A stretch of 64,000 bases of DNA from Chiloscyllium plagiosum (Eukaryota): the NCBI RefSeq assembly GCF_004010195.1, contig NC_057719.1, positions 51,077,967 through 51,141,966 of the forward strand, read 5' to 3'. Positions 50,751 to 63,225 of this stretch are shown piece by piece. Numbering within the stretch: position 1 is the first letter of the stretch; the number at the start of each line of letters is the position of its first letter. Made by a program: the position numbers and the translations under genes. The notes beneath the pieces were generated by a model that did not search any database, was not told where the DNA came from, and saw nothing but the letters and a program-made list of their open reading frames with translations.

Positions 50751-52189
50751 TTTATATTGATGCTGGTAATTTGATGTAATGTAAAATGCTAGAAATATTG
50801 GGCAGGCCTGGCAAATCTGGGAAGTGATGTACAAAATTGACATTTTAAGTTGATAAGCTTTCATTTGAACTGCATGGAAGGCATCCATTGAGATGACCAT
50901 GTATCCCATAGATTATTGCAGAGTTAGTACTCTGCACCGAATGTTGTTTTATGGCATAGACTCCAGAACTTTAAGACAGTTACGTAGCATTATGACATTT
51001 TATGTTCTGATATAAAGGTACCCATCTCACCACTAGTCACTCTCTTAGTGTAATGGAGTCAGTCAGCCACGTATATGTAATATATAGTGATATCAGGAAG
51101 CATTGAACACAGTCTCTGTCTGTAAATCTATAATATTGTAACCATGTAAAAAACTAGTGTTGTAATATACTTCAAGGCATTTGTTTCTACAAGAACCCGA
51201 CTCTCTGTGGTACATGTCATGTGGACTAATACATATAAAACCACATACCACATCACTGGAAGCAGACACAAGTTGAAAATGGAAATCTCCACACCCACTG
51301 ACATTGAGGCTCCCTGATAACCAGTTCAATGCTTTGAGGAATTGCTGGTATACCAAAATATTTATTCTTTCAAAGCTTAAACTCCTAATGTTTGTATAGT
51401 TATCCTCTTCAAACAAGTGGTGACATATGACCCAGCCTGTGCTGATGCTTTGAGTTCACGATCTCTTACCATGCAACTGTTAGTTTCTGTGCTTGTTGGA
51501 AGAGTAAAGACCAATAAGCCTTCAAATATAGTTCTCTCTTTCAGTGTCAGTGCGGGGCCTGAGTTAATTGAAGGAGGTGGGAAAGTGCTGAGGAGCAATT
51601 GTCCTTACATAACAGCAAGAGGGAAATGCAGCAAATGAGTGGAAACATTTTACAGTACCAGGTTTCCATGCTGTGTGCGTATGAGCGATAATGCACATGA
51701 GTTAATAAGAACAGGAAAGGAAAATGTTGAGAGGTCCTGCTGTGCATGACCTCCAACCTCATCATCTTCATTCTGTATGCTTTCTCTCTCTGTCAGTCAA
51801 GTTGATGGCTGAGTCCTCCATTGTTGTCAGAGTTTATAGTGTAATCATCACTTCTTCAGTTCTTGAAGAATCCCTTCAACTGTGAAATGACTTCTCCTGG
51901 TGGAAAAAGGGAAGGGACCTAATGTGTGCCCTATTGAAGGATTATGCAAATATTTGAAACAGTTTAGCATCATGCACTGGTGCCCACGAAGAAGCAGCAA
52001 TTGTATGTAAGAGAGGTGAATAGCAGGCGGTGAACATATGAATGCAAGCAGAAGGAGATTAATAAAGATAACAGGATATTAGTGACTAAGGTGATGTCGG
52101 GGAAAAGAATTGAAGCTAAACTCATGAAGCATTTGCATCAAATTCAATGAATTGATAGTACCAATAGAAACAACTGGAAAAGCAAGCTA

Positions 52190-53265
52190 ATGTGGACGCT
52201 GAAAATTTTTAAAAATTATATAAAATTCAGCAAATCTCATGACATCTGTGAAGAGATATACAAAATTATTAAAATTGGGAAAAGGTTAACATTGTAATTG
52301 GTTTAAAGAAAATGAAATGGGAGGGCAGAAAAAGAGAACAAAGGGAGTAGCTGTGATGGGGTAGATGGCAGGAGGAACAATATGTGAAAAGAAAAGATCA
52401 GAATCAAATGGAAAGGAATGGATCATGTGAAAAGCAAGTATGACTGACAGAAACATTAACAGCTGGTGACCAAAAGCAAAAATTAAAATAAAGTGTAAAA
52501 CAAGAGTGAAAACCTGAACCAACAGAGGTTATAATTTGAAATTGTTGAATTTACTGTTGAATATGGAATGGTAAAGTTCCTAACTGAAAGATTAAGTGTT
52601 ACTTCTCCAGCTTAATTCAATGGAATACTGCAGCACATTGAGGACAGAGAGCTCAGAATGGGAGAAAGGTAGAGAACTAATGGGACAAGTGACTGGAAAC
52701 GCAACGTCACACTTGCAGGTAGGATGAAGTATTATGCAATAAGGTCACTTGACCAGTGTTTGATCTGCAGAGGAGATTGTATTGGGTATAGTTAGTACAA
52801 ATACATTTTTATTTCACTGAGTGTGAGTTTTTGGAGTCTTGGATGGTGAGAAAATAGGAATAACGTGGGCAGAATTTGCTTCTTCTGCACTTGCATAGAA
52901 AGGTGCTATGGGAAGGGGAGTGGTTGTTGCTGTTGCTGTTGCTGTCAGCAGTGAAAATCACCTGGATGATCTGTTGAATACAGAGGTTGGTGAGGTGACT
53001 TTGGAACACTTCAATCCTGAAGAAGAGTCGCTGGACTCAAAACATTAACTCTGTTTCTTTCTTCAGATATGCTGCCAGGCCTACTGAGTTTGTCCAGCAA
53101 TTTTTGTTTTTATTTCAGATTTCCAGTATTGTATTCAGAACTATTTCACTTTTATTTGAGTAGGTAATGTGAAGTTGGGAGAAGGGGGGAAATTATGAAC
53201 AAAGTTGATGAGATTTTCCAGTTCAGGGAAAGAGCAGGCAACGGCACTGATATAGTCACCAAAGA
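52190..53265 (-). mobile_element. Old Penelope relic (GIY-YIG and RT remnants) with an oppositely oriented pseudo-LTR at about 53012-53135
   Basis: Minus strand HLIFQLGTLP and FGDYISAVACSFPELENLINFVHNF; plus strand CTGAAGAAGAGTCGCTGGACTCAAAAC. Confidence 0.65.
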
Positions 53266-54409
53266 ATGTATAAGTTGAAAATAGAACACTTGCTGGTGGC
53301 ATTATCATGTCCAGAGTGATCGGCAACAATATCTCAGCATCTGAATTCCTCCAGGCTGCCTCAAAGCCTAACCAAGGCTAAGAAGGTTGAGGAAGACAAT
53401 GTTGATCCGAAACAGATCTTGGCCATCTCAGCTTCTATAGCTTCTCCTACCCCTCTTTCACAGTCAATATTTATGATATGGGTCTCAGTGAGCACAGCTG
53501 CCCTTGCAGGGATGTAGGGAGTAGATTCTCAGGTGGGTCCCCTGCTGGCTGTCCATTACGTTCCTTAAGTTACACAGCCTGGGAGTTGAACAACCTATCT
53601 CTACCTCTTCCATGGCAACATGAGTAAATGTGCAGGACTGTGAGAGCTCACAAGGTTCCTCATCAACATGAACTCTAACTGGGTCACTGTGCATTCGATA
53701 GACTTTCATTCCAATTGCAACTTTGTGCAGGCATTGTAAATACATGCTTTGTGTGCTCCAATGTTTGGTAATGACTCTTCATTTAGGAGGGAAGGTTGAT
53801 GTTAAACCTTCAAAAGCAAAATTAGATTCTTATCAGCTCCAATTTAGATTGTGCATGGCCGTCCATTTCTCAGTGATAGTAAGAATGTGCAGGAGGTTCT
53901 CCTCATAAAGGCTCAGGCTTTGTCCCTCACCATGTGCTGTAAACTCCTCATTTGTATTAGGAGTTCCCTGGAGAAGATGGGATCCTGCATGAAACCAACC
54001 AATGACATCTGGGCAACACTCTCCATTCTGATTGTTCACTGGTGACTCCAATGGCTGCTTCTCTCCCTGCTCCATTCCCTCTGCTCATTCTCTGATGACA
54101 ATATGAGGTTTTTCTTGGCATCTGACTTCTCAAGTTTCACCTTGCCTTCTACACACTATATCGTGTAGCATGCAGCAGATAATCACTGCCACAGGCACCA
54201 TGGCAGGTGAATATATCAGAGCACATTTGGAATGGTAATGATACCAGAAACTGTTTACTGATTGAGATGCCAAATCATTAAAGCATAGCCCTTGACAAGA
54301 ACCAGTCAGGCACCTACCTGGAATGACTGAGACGGCCAAGCCTCCCACAGAATCAAGGCTTTGTGATAACTCCCTAGAACTCAACAGCGTACACAAAGGA
54401 ATATCTTCA

Positions 54410-54682
54410 ATAATCAGCATGTATTGGAGAAATCCAGCTGTCTGACAGCATCTATGGGAGAGGAACATAGCTAAAATTTCAAGTCGGAAGTCTTGTAGGT
54501 TGAATCACTTCTTGCAGGTCTAAAGATAACATATATCAGTCTCAAAACATTAACTCTGTTTCTTCCTTCACAGATGCTGCCGGGTTTCCCCAACATTTGC
54601 TGATTATTGAAGATATTCCTATGTCTGTGTTTTCTGCTTTTATTTTAAATTCCCAGAATCCTCAGCAAATTGCTTTTATTAT
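54410..54682. mobile_element. Old fold-back Penelope pseudo-LTR insert
   Basis: TSD AGGAAT(A/C)TCTTCA at 54397-54409 and 54683-54695; CAGCATCT on the left versus AGATGCTG on the right. Confidence 0.7.
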
Positions 54683-54944
54683 AGGAATCTCTTCATGTGG
54701 TCACACAGGCCCTTTACATTGATAGGGAGGAAACCTCTCAATTTTAAAATTCTCAGTTCTCTCGGTGGATGTCCTTGTGGTCACATATGTGCAATTGATT
54801 ATTCCTTGTACATGGGGATGCTGGCAACAATGACAAAGTCTTGCCCTCTGCAACTGCGAGTCTGCATGTGTTAGTCTGTCACCCACTGAAACAGACAATC
54901 TGTAACAGACAATTTGTTCAGCAGTGAGCATTTTATCTATGCTC

Positions 54945-55410
54945 ATTCACAGGATATGGGCAAGAATTTGCAATATATGTTAGTGCCTTGGAGGAAGGAG
55001 GTAAATGTACTATTGCCAAGTTTGCAGATGGCACAAAGATAAGTGGGAAGGCAAATGATGAGGATGATACAAATAGTCTACAAAGGGTTAAGTGAATGGA
55101 CAGAAACTTGGCAATTGGAACATAATGTGGGAAATTGATGTTATACTTTGTCAGGAATCATAGGGGAGGGAAATATTATAGAAATTGAGGAAGACTGCAG
55201 AATGCTGGAACACAGAAGGCTTTGCATAAATCAGAAAAAGATAGCATCCAATTCAGTAAATAATAGGGAATGCTGGCCTTAATTTCAAAGGTAATGGAGA
55301 ATAAAAAGAGTGAGGCCTTGCTAAAACTATCCAGGCATAAGCCAGGCAACAGCTGGATTACTGTGAACTGTTCTGGTCCCCTCACTGAAGGAAATATATA
55401 CTGGAATTAG
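54945..55410 (+). mobile_element. Old CR1 RT fragment; resumes at about 56597-56660 and 56850-57018
   Basis: AKFADGTKISG; flanks the younger CR1 insertion. Confidence 0.7.
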
Positions 55411-56592
55411 AGGAAGAAGACCAGAGGTTGGCAAACGTGTTGCCACTGTTTAAGAAGGGCGGTAAAGACAAGCCAGGGAACTATAGACAATTGAGCCTGA
55501 ACTCGGTGGTGGGCAAGTTGTTGGAGGGAATCCTGAGGGACAGGATGTACATGTATTTGGAAAGGCAAGGACTGATTCGGGATAGTCAACATAGCTTGTG
55601 TGTGGGAAATTATGTCTCACAACCTTGATTGAGTTTTTTGAAGCAGTAACAAGATTGATGAGGGCAGAGCAGTAGATGTGATCTATATGGACTTCAGTAA
55701 GGTGTTCGACAAGGTTCCCCATGGGAGACTGATAAGCAAGGTTAGATCTCATGGAATAAAGGGAGAACTAGCCATCTGGACACAGAACTGGCTCAAAGGT
55801 AGAAGACAGAGGGTGGTGGTGGAGGGTTGTTTTTCAGACTGGAGGCCTGTGACCAGTGGAGTGTCACAAGGTTCGGTGCTGGGTCCTCTACTTTTTGTCA
55901 TTTACATAAATGATTTGTATGTGAGCATAAGAGGTACAGTTAGTAAGTTTGCAGATGACACCAAAATTGGAGGTGTAGTGGACAGTGAAGAGGGTTACCT
56001 CCGATTACAACAGGATCTTGACCAGATGGGCCAATGGGCTCAAAAGTGGCAGATGGAGTTTAATGTCTCCTTCCTATCAGAAAGATGTTGTGAAACTTGA
56101 AAGGGTTCAGAAAAGATTTACAAGGATGTTGCCAGGGTTTGAGGATTTGAGCTATAGGGAGAGGCTGAACAGGCTGTGGCTGTTTTCCATGGAGCGTCGG
56201 AGGCTGAGGGGTGACCTTATAGAGGTTTACAAAATTATGAGGGGCATGGATAGGATTAATAGACAAAGTATTTTCCCTGGGATTGGGGAGTCCAGAACTA
56301 GAGGGCATAGGTTTAGGATGAGAGGGGAAATATATAAAAGAGACCTAAGGAGCAACGATTTCACGCAGAGGGTGGTACGTGTATGGAATGAGCTGCCAGA
56401 GGATGTGGTGGAGGCTGGTACAATTGCAACATTTAAGAAGCATTTGGATGGGTATATGAATAGGAAGGGTTTGTAGGGATATGGGCCGGGTGCTGGCAGG
56501 TGGGACTAGATTGGGTTGAGATATCTGATCGGCATGGTCGGGTTGAACCGAAGGGTCTGTTTCCATGCTGTACATCTCTATGACTCTATGAC
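55411..56592 (+). mobile_element. Young CR1-type LINE, RT to 3' tail, with an internal deletion near 56063
   Basis: ANVLPLFKKGGKDKPGNYR; YMDFSKVFDKVPH; SGVSQGSVLGPLLFVIYINDL; FADDTK; tail TCTATGACTCTATGAC. Confidence 0.95.
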
Positions 56593-57017
56593 TTTAAGCC
56601 AGAGAAGGTTCACTCGGTTGATTTTGGGTATGGGAGAATTTTCTTATGAGGAGAGGTTATAAAAACTTGAGAATTATGAACAGGAAATTCAGCCACTCAC
56701 ACCTGTTCTGCTATTTAATACAATCATGGCTGATATCGTTTCGGCTTCATCTGCATTTTCCTGCCCACTCCCATAAACCTTTAAACCATTACTAAGTAAA
56801 AGTCTGTCTATCTCCTCCTTAAGTTTATTCCATCCCCCAAATATTGGAGGCTGTCTTCATTGGAAGATATGAGATTCTTAGGGGCATTGGCAGACTAAAT
56901 GATGAGAGGTTCTTTCCTCTTCTGGGAGAGTCCAGAACCAGACAGAATATTCTCCAAGTAAGGGTCATCCAGTTATGGCAGAAATTAGGTCTCACCTCTC
57001 AGAGGAGAGTGAATCTT

Positions 57018-57265
57018 TTTGTTTATTGATTCACAATATATGAGTGTCATTGACTAGGCCAGCACTTATCACCCAGGTGATAGTTAATGCTGTGGGTCAC
57101 TTGTGGGCCAGCAGCTTTTTTCCCCAAAGTGAACTATATGGAGTTTTCCCCAATATTGGCAGTGGTTTCATCAACCCTGAACTCCAGATTTCTATTGAGT
57201 TCAAATTCTATTACCTGTGTGGGATTTGAACCCTCGTCCCCAGGTCATTACCCTGGGTTCGCACA
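57018..57265 (-). mobile_element. tRNA-headed SINE remnant, family of 7920-8270
   Basis: CCAGATTTCTATTGAGTTCAAATTC...GGGATTTGAACCC. Confidence 0.65.
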
Positions 57266-57269
57266 TTAA

Positions 57270-58383
57270 TAGAGTCATAGAGTCATAGGGATGTACAGCA
57301 TGGAAACAGACCCTTCGGTCTAACTTGTCCATGCTGACCAAATATCCGAACTTAATTTCGTCCCATTAGCCAGCACTTGGCCTCTATCCCTCTAAACCCT
57401 TCCTATTCATATAACCATCCAGATGCCTTTTAAATGTTGTAATTGTACCAGACTCCACCACTTTCTCTGGCAGCTCATTCCATACAAGCACCACCCTCTG
57501 TGTAAAAAAGCTGCCCCTTCGGTCCCTTTTATATCTTTCCCCTCTCACCCTAAACCTATGCCCTCTAGTTCTGGACTCCCCCACCACAGGAAAAAGACCT
57601 TGTCTGTTTATCCTATCCATGCCCCTCATGATTTTATAAACCTCTATAACATCACCCCTCAGCCTCCGATGCTCCAGGGAAAACAGCTCCAACCTATTCA
57701 GTCTCTCCCTATAGCTCAAATCCTCCAACCCTGGCAACATCCTTGTAAATCTTTTCTGAACCCTTTCAAGTTTCACAACATTCTTCCTATAGGAAGGAGA
57801 CCAGAATTGCATGCAGTATTCCAAAAGTGTCCTAACCAATGTCCTGTACAGCTGCAATATGACCTCTCAACTCCTGTACTCAATACTCTGACCAATAAAG
57901 GAAAGCATACCAAATGCCTATCTACCTACGACTCTATTTTCAAGGAGCTATGAACCTGCACTCCAAGGTCTCTTTGTTCAGCAACACTCCCTAGGACCTT
58001 ACCATTAAGTGTATAAGTCCTGCTCCGATTTGCTTTTACAAAATGCAGCACCTCACATGTATCTAAATTAAACTCTATCTGCCATTCCTCAGCCCATTGG
58101 CCAATCTAATCAAGATCCCGTTGTAATCTGGGATAACCTTCTTTGCTATCCACTAAACTTCCAAGTTTGGTGTCATCTGTAATCTTCCTAACTATACCTC
58201 CTATGTTCACATCCAAATCATTTATATAAATGACAAAAACTAGTGGACCCAGCACCGATCCCTGTGGCACACCACTAGTCACAGGCCTCCAGTCTGAAAA
58301 GCAACCCTCAACCACCACCCTCTGTCTTCTACCTTTGGCTAGTTCTGTATCCAAATGGCTAGTTCTCCCTGTATTCCATGATA
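57270..58383 (-). mobile_element. Young CR1-type LINE, RT to 3' tail
   Basis: SGVPQGSVLGPLVFVIYINDL; MQLYRTLVRTLLEYCMQFWSP...FKRHLDGYMNRKGLEG. Confidence 0.95.
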
Positions 58384-58384
58384 G

Positions 58385-60655
58385 CACCACTAAGCTTTAC
58401 CTACGCAACAGAGGGCTATATGACTGGATCATTCCTGGTAACAACCGGGATTTGATAGGGGGATATTCAGAGATGGTCTGTGCCATTGAATGTCAAGGGG
58501 CGATGTTTGGATAATTTCTTGTTGGAAACAGCAGTTGCCTGGCACTTCTGTGGCACCAATGTTACCTGCTACTTATCAGATCAAGCCTAAATGTTGTCCA
58601 GGTCTGAGAGCATATGGACACAGACTGCTTCAGCATCTAAGGAGTCATGAATCATGCTGGAAATTGTGCAATCATCCACTAAATCCTTATGTTAAAGAAG
58701 TTGAAGATGGCTGAGATGATTGACTCTCAACTACTTCATCCATCTTCTTTAGGTCAGGTATTACTCCAACCAGTGGAATGTTTTCCCCTGATTCCCATTG
58801 AGTCCCATTTTGCTCAGATTCCTTGATGGCAACTCGCTCAAATACTGCCCTGCTCTAAAAACCCGCAGAAGGGTTACACCCGAAACATTGACTTCTCTAC
58901 CTCCTGATGCTGCTTGGCTTGCTGTGTTCTTCCAGCCTCCTACTTGAACACTTGGATTCCAGCATCTGCAGTTTTTTCATCTCTAACTGATGTAAAATGC
59001 AGCACCTTCACTTCCTTCTTGAGTCCAGCTCCTTTGCCCATGTTTGGACCGAATCTGTGATGAGGCCAGGAGCTGAGTGGTACAGGTGGAGCTGAAAGTG
59101 AGCATCACTGAGCAGGTTACTGTTGTGTAAGTCCACTTAATAGCACTGTTGACAACACCTTTCAACAGTTTACTGATGATTGAGAATAGATTGGATAGTT
59201 GGCCAGGTTGGATTTGTTTGACAACAGAACTGGGCAAATTTCCACATTACCAGATCAGTGTTGTAGCTATACAGGGACAGCTTGGCTAGGGCAGTGCCTA
59301 GTTGTGGACTGCAGGTCTCCAATAACATTGCCAAATGTTAACAGGGCTCATTGTCTTTACAGTACCCAAAAACTCCATTCACTTCTTGAGGAATGAATTG
59401 AACTGGCTGAAAGATGGTATCTGTGATGCTGGGAATATCAGGAGGTACTAGGTACTCTGGCTAAAGGTGCTTGCAAATTCTTCAGCCTTGTTTTTTGCAC
59501 AGATATGTTGGTCTCTGCAACCAATGAAGGTGAAGATGTTTGTGGAGTCTCCTCTGCCAGTGAGCTGTTTAACCATGATTTACGACTGGAAGTGGCAGGA
59601 CTCAAGAGCTTATATCTGATCAAGTGATTATTGGACTTATTAGCTCTATAGCATTCGGTTTCTGTTGTTTGGCATGCAAGTAGTTCTGTGTTGTAGCTTC
59701 ACAAGTTGACATGTAAGTCTGATACTGTTCATTGCAGGCCATCCTGGAGTCTTCACTGATCCCTGTCTTAGTGGTAATGGTGAGGTGGGGAATTTGCTGG
59801 ACTATGAGGTTACAGATTGTGGTTGAGTGTAATTATGTTGCTGTTGTTGGTCCCCAGCACTTCGTGGATGCCCAGTCTTGTATTGCCAGATCTGTTTGAG
59901 ATCTCTCCTTTTCAATTGGTGGCTGTGCCACACAACATGTTAGAGGGTAACCTCAACCTGAAGCTTAGACTTTATCACCATTAGAACTCTGTGGTAGTCA
60001 TTGTTATGGACAGCAGTCAGCATATTTGTGAGGAGGAGGTCAAGTATGTTTTTTCCTGTTGGCTCCTTTGCACTTGCTGCATATCCTATATAGCAGCAAT
60101 ATCGTTTACGATTCTGAACAGTAGTGATGATACAGGGATATTGTTGGTGATGGACATTGAAGTTTCCTACCGAGAGTAAATTCTGTGCCCTTGTCAAGAG
60201 TGGTGTTTACATTGTGGAGGAATGATTTATATGTTGAGGAGGGGCAGTAGGTATTTATATTCAGGAGATTTCCTTTCCCTTGCTAGATCTGGTGCCACCA
60301 ACTTCATTGCTTCCAGAGTGAATGTTGAGGACACCCAAGACAACTCCCTCCCAAATCTATACTAATCTGTTGCCACCTCTGGTAGATCTGTCCCGTTGGT
60401 AGGACAGCACATACCCAGGGATGGTGATGGTGATGTCTGGCTCATTGTCAGGTTTGGTTATGCATATGACTGGGCCAGGCTGTTGCTTGACGATTCTGTG
60501 AGATAGCCCTCTCGATTTTGGAATAACCCCAGGTGTTGATCAGGAAGTCTTTGCAGGATTGGCAGGCTTGTATGGTGCTGTTCTTTTATATTGCCTTGCT
60601 CAATGCCAGCAGGTCTATCCAGTTTAATCCCTTTTTTCAGTCTTTGTAGCAATTC
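58385..60655 (-). mobile_element. Decayed L2/CR1-group LINE (endonuclease and RT remnants)
   Basis: LLSVGNFNVHHQ; EPTGKNILDLLLTN; SIISKLLKGVVNSAIK. Confidence 0.75.
58858..58985 (+). mobile_element. Penelope pseudo-LTR fragment with mutated hammerhead core
   Basis: CCGCAGAAGGGTTACACCCGAAACATTGAC...CCAGCATCTGCAG. Confidence 0.75.
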
Positions 60656-60659
60656 GATG

Positions 60660-60990
60660 CAACTGAGTGGCTTGATAATTTCAGAGGACAGTTAAGAGTC
60701 AACCACATTGCTGTGGATTATGAATCACATGCATGCCAGGTCAACTGATGGTTTCCCTCCTGTTAAGTGAAACGGATAGGTTTGTATGGTACTTGATTCA
60801 TGGTCACTATTAGTCTAGTTTCCAGATTAAATAAAGTTAAAATTAATTTTAAAAATAAATTTGTTAACAAATTCCAGACTTATTAAATGAATCCAAAATT
60901 TACCACCAGCCAGAGTGGGATATGAGCTTTCCAAAGCATTGGCCTGGTTCTCTGGATTACTAGCCCACGGACAATACCACTACACTGGCA
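60660..60990 (-). mobile_element. tRNA-headed SINE, family of 7920-8270
   Basis: CAGTTAAGAGTCAACCACATTGCTGTGG ... TGGATTACTAGCCC...ATACCACTACAC. Confidence 0.7.
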
Positions 60991-63035
60991 TGATTGTTGC
61001 TGGTGAAATGCTGCACAGGTCTTCAGAAAATCCCTGGAATAAAGTAGCCACAAAACATTTTGGGCTATTTTAACCTCAAACTGTTTCTGAAAGACCCATT
61101 GTCTAATGGTTTGAAGCATAGTTTTTCATGCACAATGGCACAGATGTCTGAGACCAAATTGGTCTGAACATTCTCAGCCTTCTCTTACATTAACAATCCT
61201 CATGACTTTATGCATCTAACATAATACACCCTGTGTTCAGGGCAATAATTTGTTCTCCTTTTTGGCTATTATGCTGAGGACTGTGGCTCCTGCTGCCTTA
61301 GGATTCTTGCTTTTGCAAAATGCACCTGCCCACTGGCCTGGATGTGTGAGGGAGCTGCACCCATTTTATCACTAGAGGTCAGTTTTTGTGATAGCCTGGT
61401 ATAATTGCCCGATGCCTACTTTGCTGCCAGCTGTGATTACAGTGTCTAAGGTGACTATTTCCTCCAATCTTCGTTCCTTCTTGATTGTAAGACCAGCATT
61501 TTCAGTGATATCCAAGTGACTTAAGCAAATTATTATCAACTTGGGATTACTTCCTGCCTGCACTCCAAGAGCTTTCATAACTCCTTGTCAAGGAATCCTT
61601 GATCACTCTGAGTCCTTCGCTGCAGCAGGAATTATGAAAATAGGATCCAAAAACATTTTTCACTACAAACAATAGTTCCCCAATCTCTCTCTGTACTTGT
61701 ATACTCTACCCTTTCCTCCAACATCAGCAGGGCTATACAGGGCTAGAACAGGGAACATCCCACCTTCTATTTTGTTCTTCTGTCTGTCTGTTCTAATGCA
61801 GACAGAGGCATGTAAATCTGTACTGTAAAGTCTTCTTCACACATTTGGAATCCAGGGTGGTCATTTGTTTTCTACTTTATTGATATTTGTTCTTTTATTG
61901 TTTAATCCTGGTACATATTAGGTTTATTTAGTCCTTAAGATATAATTGCTTTGAAATAACCATAAGAGCAGTTTAACTAACGAACATAGAAGCCAGTTAT
62001 TTTTGTTTAATGTCATCAATCTGTATTCAGAGCCCATTGCTGTGTTATCCACCACCAATAAGCTTGCATTCATGATTAGCAAACGTGCTGTACATGATTA
62101 ACAAGGCATAGAAACCTGGCACCTTTAAAATTTGTTTCCGGGTGCCCTTTCCTCCAAATCAGGACATCTGCTGCAACTCCCTCATAACAATTCTGTTAAA
62201 TTAATATCACATACAAGATTGGAGCCACCTTCTATAGTAAAGGCACCGCCGCTAGAAACTGACAAGATATATCATCAGTGTGTCGACCCTAATGGACATG
62301 GCAAACATTCTCTCAGCATTTTGTCTGAAGCTGCACTGCAGCTTTTAGATTTTTGTAGAACATGTGTCAACCAGCTGTTTCAGTCATGCTGCCTGAGTCT
62401 CTTTCCCTAAACTGCTCCACTCCTCTTTCCATTTCTTCAAACTTTTGTTTTAATGAAATCCTGCTGTTAGCCTCATCAGGTTCACTGTGTCTCCAGGATT
62501 TTCAGGTTTCCCTTTATCCCATTATCCACTCATTTGCTCCAACACTGCTACCCAGCTTTTCTGGGGCTATTGAATTTGCTGCAGTATATAAATCTTCTGT
62601 TTTCCTTATTTTTAAAGCCAAATATACTTTATTGGATGCTTTTCTGATTTTAATTGATACTGGGTCCAACAAAACTATTTTAAAACATTCACATCACAAT
62701 AATTTATCTTAGGAGAGTGTCAGTGGAGCTAATTTGTCAAATGGCATCTGATTATATTGTCCAATAACTGATTTCTCATACCAACTTGAAACAATATCTT
62801 AGAGTAAATAGCAATCTTCAGGATACTGTCCATTTACAATTTGCAATGCAAACTCTTATTCTGTTTAAAGCGAAATCCAGAGATCATTATTTCTGGATTA
62901 GACTCCTTTTGTGTAGCCAAATAGCATATTGTCCTCAGCTAAAGTAGATAATTTGCACTGGAGTTAAATTACCAAACCAAAGACCAGTAAAGCTTAAGGA
63001 TCTCAAAGGGCTCTAGTTCTAATCCATCAAAGCTT

Positions 63036-63225
63036 TCAGATTTCTAACGCATTTTGTTCCGTGTGCTTATTCTCTGTGATGCTGATGTTGCCGCAGCCAT
63101 TTGTTGTGCAAACCTTTTGAGATCTGAGGTTTCCACTTGTGGGAGCTGATAATGACTTTGGCCACCAACTGGCTTGACTGGTGACGCTCCCTCTTGAGAA
63201 GAAAGAGAATGACTCATGCCTTTCC
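63036..63225 (-). CDS. Candidate coding exon (possibly terminal) of an unidentified host gene
   Basis: Strong acceptor TTTAGTTTTTTTTATTTCCTTAACCAG|G; GC-richer non-repeat block with two open frames; no protein recognised. Confidence 0.35.

Noticed and set aside
62132..62712. Overlapping ORFs and a purine-rich minus-strand stretch that looks coding
   Set aside because: Minus-strand frames are broken by stops, there are no clear splice sites and no recognisable protein
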